Shown: positions 12,892 to 22,733, counted from the stretch's first letter. The stretch is 64,000 bases of DNA from Gammaproteobacteria bacterium (GCA_040183005.1 JAMPIW010000009.1:50876-114875), one strand, 5' to 3'. Notes: a model not told the origin generated them from the letters alone. Numbers and translations: made by a program.

Positions 12892-13491
12892 TCACTCCCT
12901 CTGCTTCCCCCCGATCCTGTCTTCCTCCCCCCTGACCAAACGCTGGATATTGCCGCGGTGGCGCCATAACAGCAAGGCGCTCATTACCGTCGTCATGGCG
13001 ATCAGCTCGGGCGCGGGACGTATCAGCCATACGTACACCGGGGCGAGGAGCGCCGCGCTCAGTGCCGCGAGCGAGGAATAACGGAATATCTTGGCCACCA
13101 ACAGCCAGGTAGCGAGCGCTGCCAGCCCGACCATCCACGACATCCCCAACAATACACCGAGCGCCGTCGCTACCCCCTTGCCGCCACGGAAGCCAAAGAA
13201 GACGGGGTAGAGATGCCCGAGGAAGGCGGCGATGCCCGCCAGTGCAAGAGTTGCGTCGTCCATGCCCAGCGCACTCGCAGCAATCATGGGGACAACTCCC
13301 TTGAGCATGTCCCCAAGCAGCGTCAGCGCGGCAGCCTTCTTGCCGCCCAGCCGCAGCACATTGGTTGCGCCAGGGTTGCCCGAACCTTGGGTGCGTGGAT
13401 CGGGTAACCCCATGATCTTGGAGGTGATGATGGCGGTGGATAAAGAGCCCAGCAAATAGGAAAAAACGATCAGGGGAATGGCGGCGGTCAT
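12892..13491 (-). CDS. plsY: Glycerol-3-phosphate acyltransferase PlsY
   Basis: 199 aa membrane protein with the PlsY motif GSGNPGATNVLR. Confidence 0.9.
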   Translation of the reverse strand: MTAAIPLIVFSYLLGSLSTAIITSKIMGLPDPRTQGSGNPGATNVLRLGGKKAAALTLLGDMLKGVVPMIAASALGMDDATLALAGIAAFLGHLYPVFFGFRGGKGVATALGVLLGMSWMVGLAALATWLLVAKIFRYSSLAALSAALLAPVYVWLIRPAPELIAMTTVMSALLLWRHRGNIQRLVRGEEDRIGGKQRE

Positions 13492-13500
13492 GGGATATTA

Positions 13501-13765
13501 GAGCCTGTCTGTGAATAAATCATCCCTGCGACGGAGGCCGGTTTTGCGCAGGGCAAGGAAGGCTGAGCGTAGTGTGCTTGTTGCACATGAGTGAAGCGTG
13601 ACGCCGCACTGCGCAAAACCGACCCCGTCCCTTCGGGTTGCGCCCCAAAACACGCCATGCGGCGTTGCTCGCCGCTTATTTGGAACAACCAAACTGCGCA
13701 GCTCGCGCCTTGCCTGGCGTGTTTTGGGGCAGCAACGCAGGGATGATTTATTCACAGATAGGCTC
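13501..13765. repeat. MITE-like element with 30-bp terminal inverted repeats
   Basis: GAGCCTGTCTGTGAATAAATCATCCCTGCG at 13501-13530 is the reverse complement, with one mismatch, of 13736-13765. The two arms enclose about 205 bp of GC-rich noncoding DNA. TTA sits on both flanks. Confidence 0.55.
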
Positions 13766-13905
13766 TTAGTGTAGTATGTGAACCCGAATGCTTCATAAAT
13801 TCGGGTTAGGTCTCTTAAAAATCGCATTCATGCTTTTTTTAAGATCACCCTATATCGAGAGCCTCCGATTTACCCAGAGATCTCTGCCAAAGATTGTTTT
13901 TGTAA

Positions 13906-14277
13906 TTGCGGACGTATTTCATGGACATTATATATCTTCGCGACCTGCGGATCGAGACCGTTATCGGCATCTATGACTGGGAACGGCGCATTAAACAAAC
14001 CCTCATCCTCGACATCGAAATGGCGACGGATATCCGCAAGGCCGCGCAGACAGACAGCATCGAAGACACCCTTAATTACAAAGCTGTGGCGAAGCGCCTC
14101 ATCGAGTTTGTCGGCAACAGCGAATTTCAGCTGGTCGAAACGCTGGCTGAGCGCGTTGCTGAAATTGTGCTGAACGAATTCAATGTGCCCTGGCTACGCC
14201 TGCAAGTCAACAAGCAGGGTGCGGTGCGCGGCGCGCGCGATGTCGGTGTGATTATCGAGCGCGGCGAGCGAGATTGA
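13906..14277 (+). CDS. folB: Dihydroneopterin aldolase
   Basis: 123 aa beginning MDIIYLRDLRIETVIGIYDWER. Confidence 0.9.
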   Translation: MRTYFMDIIYLRDLRIETVIGIYDWERRIKQTLILDIEMATDIRKAAQTDSIEDTLNYKAVAKRLIEFVGNSEFQLVETLAERVAEIVLNEFNVPWLRLQVNKQGAVRGARDVGVIIERGERD

Positions 14278-14278
14278 C

Positions 14279-14773
14279 ATGTCGCGCGTCTATATCAGCA
14301 TCGGCAGCAACATCGAGCGCGACACCAACATCCGCTCCGGTGTCGCTGCGCTACGCGAGCATTTCGGCGACCTGACTCTGTCCACCGTGTATGAAAGCAG
14401 GGCGGTTGGCTTTGAGGGTGATGACTTCTATAACCTGGTGGCGGGGTTTGATACAGAGCAGGGCGCCATCGCCGTCAACGGCATCCTGCGCGATATCGAA
14501 CACCGCCATGGCCGGGTGCGTGGCGGCTCGGGGTTCAGTTCCCGCACGTTGGATCTGGACCTGCTGCTGTATGACGACCTTGTAAGCCACGAAAACGGCC
14601 TCGCATTACCGCGCGGCGAGATCACCAAATACGCCTTCGTGCTGTGCCCGCTGGCGGAAATCGCCGGGCAAATGCGCCATCCTGTCAACGGCGCGAGTTA
14701 TGCGGATCTGTGGCAGGCGTTTACCCTGAAGGGGACAAGCCAAACGTTATGGCCGGTCAACTTCCAGTGGTGA
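14279..14773 (+). CDS. folK: HPPK (6-hydroxymethyl-7,8-dihydropterin pyrophosphokinase)
   Basis: 164 aa beginning MSRVYISIGSNIERD. Confidence 0.9.
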   Translation: MSRVYISIGSNIERDTNIRSGVAALREHFGDLTLSTVYESRAVGFEGDDFYNLVAGFDTEQGAIAVNGILRDIEHRHGRVRGGSGFSSRTLDLDLLLYDDLVSHENGLALPRGEITKYAFVLCPLAEIAGQMRHPVNGASYADLWQAFTLKGTSQTLWPVNFQW

Positions 14774-14814
14774 GCTGTGTTCTCTTCACGACATAGACAT
14801 AGGTAAACAAGGAA

Positions 14815-15405
14815 ATGGCTGACAAAAACATATCAACCCAGGAAAAATGGGACACTATCTATAGCAGCGCCGAAAAACAGCCGAAAATTGCGTCGGAGGT
14901 GTTGCGCGAAAACCAGCACCTGTTGCCCGCCTCCGGCAAGGCACTGGACTTTGCCTGCGGTTTGGGCGCAAACGCCCTGCTCCTCGCCGCACAGGGGCTG
15001 GAGACCCATGCCTGGGATATCTCTGAGGTCGCCGTTACGCGCCTGTCGGAAGAAGCCACAGCGCGGGGTTTACACATCCATGCCGAAGCCCGTGACTTGG
15101 TGGCGCAGCCACCGGAGCCCGAGAGCTTCGATGTGATTGTATCCTGCCATTTTCTTGAACGCCCGTTGAACCCGCATCTACTCGCGGCGCTGCGGCCTGG
15201 CGGGCTGCTGTTTTACCAGACCTTCACGCTTGAGAGGGTAGACGGCGCAGGCCCGCAAAACCCCGAATTCCGTCTGCATGAAAATGAGTTGCTGACGATA
15301 TTTCCCGGCCTGCGGGTATTGGTCTACCGTGAAGAAGGGTTGGTGGGTGACACGCAACGCGGCTTCCGCAGCAGGGCGATGCTGGTGGCGCAGAAGCGTT
15401 CATGA
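14815..15405 (+). CDS. Class I SAM-dependent methyltransferase (TehB-like)
   Basis: 196 aa with SAM-binding motif LDFACGLGANALLLA. Confidence 0.7.
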   Translation: MADKNISTQEKWDTIYSSAEKQPKIASEVLRENQHLLPASGKALDFACGLGANALLLAAQGLETHAWDISEVAVTRLSEEATARGLHIHAEARDLVAQPPEPESFDVIVSCHFLERPLNPHLLAALRPGGLLFYQTFTLERVDGAGPQNPEFRLHENELLTIFPGLRVLVYREEGLVGDTQRGFRSRAMLVAQKRS

Positions 15406-15451
15406 AGCAGCGGTCAACGGCGATTTTAGGTTAAACCTAAAAAATTCAGCT

Positions 15452-15583
15452 GTCCACGAAAGTCACGAAAAAACACGAAAATATTCAAATACATATCGCG
15501 ATTTTACTTGCCACCCATCTGGTGAATTACTGAAGCAATCCATGCTTTTGTTTTATTTCGTGAATTTTGTGTTTTTCGTGGAC
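15452..15583. repeat. CACGAAA-iteron inverted-repeat element, copy A (degenerate)
   Basis: Each arm carries three 9-bp CACGAAARN units (left arm GTCCACGAAAGTCACGAAAAAACACGAAAATA; right arm is the imperfect reverse complement). A perfect 10-bp GTCCACGAAA/TTTCGTGGAC stem closes the two ends, with about 70 bp between them. Confidence 0.5.
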
Positions 15584-15600
15584 AAAAAGCGGTTTTAAGG

Positions 15601-16275
15601 TTAAATGCTCTTTAAATCCAGACACCTTGCAATTACTTGGGCATCAAACTCCCGTAGATGAGGGATCACGCCCAGCAGCGGCGCGCTGATGCGTTCGCGC
15701 AGGGCGTCGATATTTTCTTGCAGTTCCGGGAATTCAGGGCATGCACTGTTCGCCACCCAGCCCGCCAGCGGTACGCCCTGCCGGACAATGCTCTCGCAGC
15801 TCAATAAGGCGTGGTTCAGGCAACCCAGGCGCATTCCTACGACCAGGATCACCGGCAGGCCGAGCGCTTGGGCGAGATCGGCGATTGTTTCGCGCTCATT
15901 GAGTGGCACCCGCCAGCCGCCCGCGCCTTCAACCACTACATAATCAATGCGTTGTGCCATATCATCAAAGATTGCCTTGATGGGCGCAATGTCGATGCGC
16001 TGTCCCAGCCGCTTGGCAGCAATATGCGGTGCGATGGGCGCGGCATAGGCATAAGGGTTGATCTGTGCATAGGGCAGGTGAAGGGTGGCGTGACGTTGCA
16101 GGACCAGCGCGTCGCCGTTGCGCAAACCCTCGGCTGTCTCAAGACATCCGGCAGAAACGGGCTTCATCGCGGCCGTAGTGTAACCTTGCGCCGCCAGCGC
16201 CGCCAGCACGCCCGCTGTCACCCAGGTTTTACCCACGTCGGTGTCGGTGCCGGTGATGAAGAAGCCGCGTGTCAT
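15601..16275 (-). CDS. bioD: Dethiobiotin synthetase
   Basis: 224 aa containing GTDTDVGKT (P-loop). Confidence 0.9.
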   Translation of the reverse strand: MTRGFFITGTDTDVGKTWVTAGVLAALAAQGYTTAAMKPVSAGCLETAEGLRNGDALVLQRHATLHLPYAQINPYAYAAPIAPHIAAKRLGQRIDIAPIKAIFDDMAQRIDYVVVEGAGGWRVPLNERETIADLAQALGLPVILVVGMRLGCLNHALLSCESIVRQGVPLAGWVANSACPEFPELQENIDALRERISAPLLGVIPHLREFDAQVIARCLDLKSI

Positions 16276-17192
16276 TAAGGATTGCGCCGTGGCGGGAAGG
16301 CGACTTTGAATACCCCTGGCTCCTCGGATTGCTGCGGCGTGGCGGCGTGTTCCGGTGCCCAGGCATGGCCGTAAACCACTTCATACGTGGCAGGCAGCAG
16401 GCCGTCGCGCCGGTAATATTCGTAAGCGGCGGCGAGCGAGCGTAGGTGCGTCTTGCCCGTCAGGCCGCGTGAGCGCCCGGCAGTGACGTTGTGCGCGCCG
16501 ATGGTTTTGAGATCGCGCATCAGACGCTGAATATCCGGATAGGTCAGCGTGAAGTTTTCCACGTCCATCACTGGCGTAGTGAGCCGCGCGCGCATCATGG
16601 CATCACCGATGTCATGCATGTCGATAAAGGTGTTGACGTGATTGAAGCCATCCACGGCTTTCCAGCTGTGGCGCAATTCCTTGAGCGTGTCTGGCCCAAA
16701 AGTGGTGAACATCAACAGGCCGCCCGGTTTCAGCACGCGGCGGAACTCGCGCAAGGTGTTGTCCAGGTCATTGCACCACTGGATGGTGAGGTTGGAGAAG
16801 ATCAGATCGGCACAGCCATCCCCAAACGGCAGGCGCTCGGCGTCGCCACACACCAGCGCCGGTGTTTTCTGCCAGGGTAGCCAGGATGAATTATGGCGGC
16901 GTGTTTGCAACAGCATGTTGAACGCCAGATCCATGGCGATGATGCGGGATTTTTTATAGCGGCGCGCCAGTGCGGCAACGCCATGGCCGGTGCCTGCACC
17001 GATATCGATGATGCACTCAGGGGCAAGCTTTACCAGATCGAGCCGTTCCAGCATGCGATTTCTCACTTCGGCCTGCAGCGCTGCTGCTTCGTCATAATGG
17101 GAGGCGGCGCGGTCAAATGAGGCGCGCACCAGGCTTTTATCGAGCAGGAAGTCGCTTGTATTATTATCTGATTTGTTCATATAAAAATTCAT
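16275..17192 (-). CDS. bioC: Malonyl-ACP O-methyltransferase
   Basis: 305 aa SAM methyltransferase placed between bioH and bioD. Confidence 0.85.
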   Translation of the reverse strand: MNFYMNKSDNNTSDFLLDKSLVRASFDRAASHYDEAAALQAEVRNRMLERLDLVKLAPECIIDIGAGTGHGVAALARRYKKSRIIAMDLAFNMLLQTRRHNSSWLPWQKTPALVCGDAERLPFGDGCADLIFSNLTIQWCNDLDNTLREFRRVLKPGGLLMFTTFGPDTLKELRHSWKAVDGFNHVNTFIDMHDIGDAMMRARLTTPVMDVENFTLTYPDIQRLMRDLKTIGAHNVTAGRSRGLTGKTHLRSLAAAYEYYRRDGLLPATYEVVYGHAWAPEHAATPQQSEEPGVFKVAFPPRRNP

Positions 17193-17940
17193 CCACTACT
17201 GCAAAAAAATCATCGGGGTGTGACAAAAACGGCGCGTGAGCCGCCCCCTTGATAACATGCCAATGCACGTTGGGCCAGATTTCCTTGATATCCAATGCTT
17301 CCGCAAGCGGCACAAGGGCATCGCGCTGACCGAATACCAACTGCACCGGACAGCCAATCTCGCGCAAGCGGGGACGCAGATTCGCATCACGCAAAATTGC
17401 AAGGCCGCTGCGCAATGTTGCCGGCGGGGGCGGGCTGTGGCGTGATGCCAACTCACGCAAGGAACGCAGCGTTTCGCTGCCGCGCCCGCTGCCCAGCGTT
17501 TGCAGCGCCAGAAACCGCTGCAAGGTATCGTGATAATCCTGCTCCAGCATTTGGGTAAAGGCTTCCAGCACCTGCAATTCCATGGCATGCGGCCAATCGC
17601 CGCTGCGCACGAATTGCGGACTGCTGGCGACCAGAATCAGACCCTCTACCCGCTCGGGATGTTCGATGGCGAGCCGCATGGAAACCATCCCTCCAAGCGA
17701 CCACCCCAGCCACACGGAACGCGACGGTGCTACCGCCGCAACCGCTGCCGTCAGCGCATCCAGATCAAAATCACCGTCGATGGCCGCGCTGCGCCCATGC
17801 CCCGGCAGATCAATGAGCGTAACGCGGAAGGCCGATGCCAGACGTTGGGCGGTTTCTTTCCAGATGTCCGCATGCAGGCCCCAGCCGTGCAGCAACACGA
17901 TGTCCGGCCCCGCACCTAGGGTCTTTACATACAAACTCAC
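17164..17940 (-). CDS. bioH: Pimeloyl-ACP methyl ester esterase (alpha/beta hydrolase)
   Basis: 258 aa with HGWG and GWSLGG motifs. Operon context. Confidence 0.8.
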   Translation of the reverse strand: MSLYVKTLGAGPDIVLLHGWGLHADIWKETAQRLASAFRVTLIDLPGHGRSAAIDGDFDLDALTAAVAAVAPSRSVWLGWSLGGMVSMRLAIEHPERVEGLILVASSPQFVRSGDWPHAMELQVLEAFTQMLEQDYHDTLQRFLALQTLGSGRGSETLRSLRELASRHSPPPPATLRSGLAILRDANLRPRLREIGCPVQLVFGQRDALVPLAEALDIKEIWPNVHWHVIKGAAHAPFLSHPDDFFAVVDEFLYEQIR

Positions 17941-19085
17941 AATAACTCCGCCAGCGCGTCCAGCAGCCGATCCACCTGTGCTTCGCTGTGAGCCGCAGAG
18001 AGCGTGATGCGCAGCCGTGCGCTGCCTTGCGGGACTGTGGGAGGGCGAATGGCGCTGATGAGGATGCCACGCGCCATGAGCGCATCGCTTAACGCCACCG
18101 CGCGCCCTGCATCGCCGATTATTAGCGGCTGGATCGGTGTCGCTGATGCAGGCAGCGCCAGCCCCAACCGCTCCGCCCCGTCACGAAACCGCGCGATCAA
18201 GGTGTGCAAATGCGTGCGTCGCCAGTCTTCCTCTTGCACCAGCCGGAGACTGACTCGCGTCGCCTGCGCAATGGCGGGTGGCAGCGCGGTGGTGTAGATG
18301 TAAGTGCGGGCACGCTGAATCAGGGTTTCGATGAGTTCTTCGCTGCCTGCCACAAACGCACCGAAGGTACCGAAGGCCTTGCCAAGCGTACCCATCAGAA
18401 TTGGCACTTCATCCACGCCCAATCCGAAGTGCTCCACTACCCCTCCACCGTGCGCACCCAGCACGCCCAAACCATGGGCGTCGTCGATCATCAACGCTGC
18501 ATTGTGTCCGTGGGCGATGGTGGCAAGTGCGGGCAGTGGCGCGATGTCGCCGTCCATACTGAACACACCATCGCTTACTATGAGTCTTGTTTTGGAGCAG
18601 TCTCCCGCCACACACCGCTCCAGCGCCTCCATATCATTGTGAGGATAACGCCGCAGGCGCGCCTGCGACAGCAATCCGGCGTCGATCAGCGAGGCATGGT
18701 TGAGACGATCTTCAAACACGGCATCACCCCGGCCCACCAGTGCGCTAACCACGCCGAGGTTGGCCATATACCCCGTGGAAAACAGCAGGGCGCGCGGCCT
18801 GTGGGTGAACGCCGCCAGTTCTTCTTCAAGTGCATGATGAGCGGCACTGTGCCCACTCACCAGATGCGCCGCGCCGCTACCCACACCGTACTCGGCGGCA
18901 CCCTGTTGCAATGCGCCGATGACGTCGGGATGATTGGCAAGCCCCAAGTAATCATTGCTGCAAAAGGACAGATAGCGCCGCCCCTCAACCACCACCTCCG
19001 CACCCTGTGGACTCTCCAGCACCCGGCGTGTGCGATAGAGATTAAGCGCCCGTTGTTGCTCCAGCCCAGTGGCCAGGGATTTCAT
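17937..19085 (-). CDS. bioF: 8-amino-7-oxononanoate synthase
   Basis: 382 aa PLP-dependent enzyme in the bio operon. Confidence 0.9.
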   Translation of the reverse strand: MKSLATGLEQQRALNLYRTRRVLESPQGAEVVVEGRRYLSFCSNDYLGLANHPDVIGALQQGAAEYGVGSGAAHLVSGHSAAHHALEEELAAFTHRPRALLFSTGYMANLGVVSALVGRGDAVFEDRLNHASLIDAGLLSQARLRRYPHNDMEALERCVAGDCSKTRLIVSDGVFSMDGDIAPLPALATIAHGHNAALMIDDAHGLGVLGAHGGGVVEHFGLGVDEVPILMGTLGKAFGTFGAFVAGSEELIETLIQRARTYIYTTALPPAIAQATRVSLRLVQEEDWRRTHLHTLIARFRDGAERLGLALPASATPIQPLIIGDAGRAVALSDALMARGILISAIRPPTVPQGSARLRITLSAAHSEAQVDRLLDALAELL

Positions 19086-19137
19086 GATTTAGCCACAGAG
19101 CACACAGAGGTCACGGAGAAAACGTTCTTGAGATTGA

Positions 19138-19947
19138 TTAACAAACTCTGTGTCCTCTGTGGCTAATGTCTAAGGTAATTTCTGCTTCCATAAACGTGAC
19201 AGCATACCCTGAGAGAAGCACGCGGTCAGCTTTCACCTCGCAGGCGATGTTACCGCCACGCCTGGAAACCTGCTTGGCGCTCAGGGTGTTCTTACCAAGT
19301 TTATTGGCCCAATACGGCGCAAGTTCACAATGAGCGGAGCCTGTGACGGGGTCTTCGGGGACACCGTATTTGGGCGCAAAGAAACGGCTGACAAAATCGA
19401 CATCCATGCCGGGCGCGGTGACAATCACGCCACGTAAATCAAGCTGGCTCAGCAAGGTATGGTTTGGCGCTATTGCACGAACCGTCGCTTCGCTGTCGAA
19501 CACGGCCAGGTAATCGTCGGCTGACAACACCTCGACGGGCCGCTGGCCGAGACCTTCAATTAATGCCTCTGGTATAGCGCATGGTCTTGGCGGGAGGGAG
19601 GGGAAGTTCATCTCCAACAGATCCCCCTTTCGCCTTACGACAAGATCGCCGCTACGTGTCTCAAAGGGGATGGACTGCTTGGAATAGCCAAGAATTTCAA
19701 AAATGACATGGGCCGTTGCCAGAGTTGCGTGGCCGCAAAGATCAATTTCCTTGACTGGCGTAAACCAGCGCAGGTTGAACCCCTTTGCAGAAGGCACAAA
19801 GAAGGCCGTCTCGGATAAATTGTTTTCCCCCGCAATGGCTTGAAGAAGACCGTCGTCCAACCAGCTTTCCAAAGGGCATACGGCAGCCGGATTTCCCTCG
19901 AATACACGGGATGCAAAGGCGTCTACTTGGTATTGTTTGATTTTCAT
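19138..19947 (-). CDS. PhzF-family isomerase-like protein
   Basis: 269 aa with PhzF/YddE-like motifs (FEGNPAAV...LSETAFF). Confidence 0.75.
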   Translation of the reverse strand: MKIKQYQVDAFASRVFEGNPAAVCPLESWLDDGLLQAIAGENNLSETAFFVPSAKGFNLRWFTPVKEIDLCGHATLATAHVIFEILGYSKQSIPFETRSGDLVVRRKGDLLEMNFPSLPPRPCAIPEALIEGLGQRPVEVLSADDYLAVFDSEATVRAIAPNHTLLSQLDLRGVIVTAPGMDVDFVSRFFAPKYGVPEDPVTGSAHCELAPYWANKLGKNTLSAKQVSRRGGNIACEVKADRVLLSGYAVTFMEAEITLDISHRGHRVC

Positions 19948-19973
19948 ATCCAGTGGCTTGTGGGGTGGAATCT

Positions 19974-20501
19974 CTACGGTAGAGACCGCTTTTCCAAAAC
20001 CTCGACTTTGAGTCCGGCATGTTTTGGGATGCCGACTCCCGCCGACAGCGGATAGTCCATTACGGTATCTGTTTTTTGATACCCGCGCCTCAGATAAAAA
20101 GAAATGAGTTCACTTCTTGAGGACACAACAACCATGATGAACTTCTCGGAGCTGAAATTTGCGCTCGCATATCTTTCCGCATGAGCAAGCATTTGCTTTC
20201 CCGCGCCAACCCCTTGCAGTGCTGGGCTAACCGCGAGCATACCAATGTGGCTATTGCTGCCGTCTTTCTCGACATGAACACAAGCCACAATTTCTGATCC
20301 CTTAAGGCCGACAAGAATAATGGAATCTGGCTTTGATACCATTGCCTCGATTTGACCAACACTCGTTCTGCCACCTGACACCAAATGGGATTCATGAGTC
20401 CAGCCAGACACGCCTGATTCCGGGCGATATGCTTTGTTGACGAGCTGTGCTATTGCATCGGCATCTGACTTACTGGCTGTGCGGAATGTATCAATGCTCA
20501 T
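19974..20501 (-). CDS. GNAT family N-acetyltransferase
   Basis: 175 aa with an acetyl-CoA-binding-like segment (LAVSPALQGVGAGKQML). Confidence 0.7.
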   Translation of the reverse strand: MSIDTFRTASKSDADAIAQLVNKAYRPESGVSGWTHESHLVSGGRTSVGQIEAMVSKPDSIILVGLKGSEIVACVHVEKDGSNSHIGMLAVSPALQGVGAGKQMLAHAERYASANFSSEKFIMVVVSSRSELISFYLRRGYQKTDTVMDYPLSAGVGIPKHAGLKVEVLEKRSLP

Positions 20502-20526
20502 ATGTTGATTTGCGGTCTAGCTATTA

Positions 20527-20844
20527 TTAGACGTTGGCATCCGTAAAACGACTGGCTATGGACTCCAGCAGACGCTTCCCATGAACAACAGCCACCACCA
20601 ATATCCGCTTTTCTTCGATACAATACACAAGCCGATAACTGTACACGAACCGCTCCCTGATGTTTTCGTTACCAAGCTCAGGCACTACCCGGCCGATATG
20701 TGGGAAATCTGCAAGGGTTCTGGATACCGATAATATTTTTGACACCACCGCTCGCGCGTAAAATACAGAATCTCGACTGATAAACCCCGCAATTGCTTCG
20801 ACATCCTCAGTTGCTTCAGGTGACCACTCTATTCTGTGGTCCAT
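20527..20844 (-). CDS. RelE/ParE-family type II toxin
   Basis: 105 aa with RelE/ParE-like sequence. Overlaps the upstream small antitoxin gene by 16 nt. Confidence 0.75.
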   Translation of the reverse strand: MDHRIEWSPEATEDVEAIAGFISRDSVFYARAVVSKILSVSRTLADFPHIGRVVPELGNENIRERFVYSYRLVYCIEEKRILVVAVVHGKRLLESIASRFTDANV

Positions 20845-21017
20845 TTGCTCAGCCGCTTTTCAACTTCTTCTTGTGTTATGACGCCTTCGGACTCCGCCCT
20901 GGATATGCCCCGCTGAATTTTTTCCAAGACGTAAAGATGATACTGAACGTCTTCAACCGTGCAATCCTCGGGCAGGTTTTCAAGTAGCCCCCGTACCTTC
21001 TCCTTCGCTGCGTTCAT
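20829..21017 (-). CDS. Putative antitoxin partner of the RelE/ParE toxin
   Basis: 62 aa acidic protein immediately upstream of and overlapping the toxin gene. Confidence 0.6.
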   Translation of the reverse strand: MNAAKEKVRGLLENLPEDCTVEDVQYHLYVLEKIQRGISRAESEGVITQEEVEKRLSKWTTE

Positions 21018-21196
21018 TTTGACCTCCGATAGTTATGCTTCATTGAGTCACCAATAAATTCATCAGGCACTGGAGGGCCAAGAGCAAAAACGGGCACAGA
21101 CGCCACTAAAAGAGCGGCCATGGTAACCGTATGAGTGGAGATATACACCAATCAAGCCCCCCTGACGACCTGTCCGGCTTGTTACAAATTGATTGA

Positions 21197-21559
21197 TTAG
21201 GCTGCCTGCAGCATAAACTCAACCTTCACTGCCTTATATGGAAATTCAATACCACCATCAGCGGTTCGGGTGAGGATGCCTGCCTTCAGCAGTGCGGTCA
21301 CGTCGCCTTGAACTGCCTTTACATCGCGGCTGACTCGCCTTGCCGCCTCTCGGATTGATACCGGGCCTGCACCGCATAGGGCTTTGAGTAGTTCCCAACG
21401 CTTGGCCGTGAGCACCTGCCAGAGTAGTTCAGGAATGGCAAAGGCGATATGTGCCGTGCGATCTGTGCGGCCTGTCTTCATGGCCCGCGAAGCGTCAGTG
21501 AGCGTTTCTGCCAGAGAGCGCACTTCAAGAACGACCGTTTTCATGATTCCACCTCGCAA
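21197..21559 (-). CDS. HTH-domain putative transcriptional regulator/antitoxin-like protein, orphan
   Basis: 120 aa with predicted HTH (VSIREAARRVSRDVKAVQGDV). No partner ORF adjacent. Confidence 0.45.
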   Translation of the reverse strand: MRGGIMKTVVLEVRSLAETLTDASRAMKTGRTDRTAHIAFAIPELLWQVLTAKRWELLKALCGAGPVSIREAARRVSRDVKAVQGDVTALLKAGILTRTADGGIEFPYKAVKVEFMLQAA

Positions 21560-21606
21560 TGTCGGCGTTGAAGTTGGCCATCAATTGATCTGGGCCGGAG
21601 ATTGCT

Positions 21607-22635
21607 CTAACTATTATTATTAACAGCCGCACGCCGCTGCTGTGTATCACCACGCGGCCTTAGGTTGAGGGCTTCCAGCATTTTCAGGTCGTCTTCTACC
21701 TGGCGTCCCTTGGTGGTGAGGTAATCGCCGATCATCACGCCCGATGCGCCGGCCATGAAGATCATGGCCTGCATGTCGCCGAGGAACTGGCGTCCGCCTG
21801 CGATGCGGATCTCCGCTTTCGGCAACAGGTAACGGAACACCGCTATCGCCTTGAGAATATCCATGGGCTGCATGGGTTCGCGCTCACCCATGGGAGTGCC
21901 GGCTTGAGGGTTAAGAAAATTCAGGGGCACGGATTCCACTCCCAACTCACGCAGTGTCAACGCAAGTTCAACACGCTGATCGAGGTTTTCACCCATTCCT
22001 AAAATGCCGCCAGCACAGACGCGCAGGCCAGCCTTGCGTGCATGGTTGATGGTGTCGATGTTTTCCTGGTAGGTGTGGGTGGTGCAGACCTGGTCGAAAA
22101 AGCTCGGTGCGCACTCCAGGTTATGGTGGTAATTTTCCATGCCCATCCCCTTGAGCATGACCGCGGTTTCTTCGTCCAGCGCGCCAAGGCTGGCGCACCG
22201 GCCTATATCCGAGTGTTCTTTTAGCGTTGTGAAATATTCTTGCAACTGGTTGCGTTCCTTGGCGGAGCGCACGCCCCAGCCTTTGGACACCACGCCAAAA
22301 TCGCTGGCGCCCCAGGCACGCGCACGCTCGGCTTGCTCCACCAGTTTTTCGCTGGAAATGTAATTGTAGGCCGGAGCTGCCGTCTTGTGATGGGCGCTCT
22401 GGGCGCAGAACGAACAGTTTTCGGAACAATTGCCGGAGCGCACGTTGGAGATGGCGCACACCTCAACCTCGTTGCCGCGGAATGTCTTGCGGATGCGGTC
22501 GGCACCCGCCATAAGCCAGGGCAGGTAATCGTCTTCCAGGCGGATCATCCAGCGTCCTTCGTCGCCCGTTATATCCCCGCCCGCAAGAATGCGGGTGGTC
22601 AGGCTGTCGATGCGCTGATAGATTTCGTTGTTCAT
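21607..22635 (-). CDS. bioB: Biotin synthase (radical SAM)
   Basis: 342 aa with a Cys-rich radical-SAM region (CSENCSFC) and BioB-like sequence. Confidence 0.95.
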   Translation of the reverse strand: MNNEIYQRIDSLTTRILAGGDITGDEGRWMIRLEDDYLPWLMAGADRIRKTFRGNEVEVCAISNVRSGNCSENCSFCAQSAHHKTAAPAYNYISSEKLVEQAERARAWGASDFGVVSKGWGVRSAKERNQLQEYFTTLKEHSDIGRCASLGALDEETAVMLKGMGMENYHHNLECAPSFFDQVCTTHTYQENIDTINHARKAGLRVCAGGILGMGENLDQRVELALTLRELGVESVPLNFLNPQAGTPMGEREPMQPMDILKAIAVFRYLLPKAEIRIAGGRQFLGDMQAMIFMAGASGVMIGDYLTTKGRQVEDDLKMLEALNLRPRGDTQQRRAAVNNNS

Positions 22636-22733
22636 GGCGACTCTTTTCCTGTTTGGGTATGATGTGAAAGGATTTCTGTGAATATAGATATTAAAGGCAA
22701 CGCGATTCCTGTCAACCTAATGGCGCCCCAAAA

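Noticed and set aside
18204-19166. 320-aa plus-strand ORF antisense to bioF
   Set aside because: Antisense to a confident PLP-enzyme gene. His/Arg/Gln-rich junk composition.
22636-22733. BirA-type bio operator in the bioB-comF divergent region
   Set aside because: A TGTCAACC half-site-like sequence is present, but no matching inverted partner at the expected spacing was found, so no operator is called.
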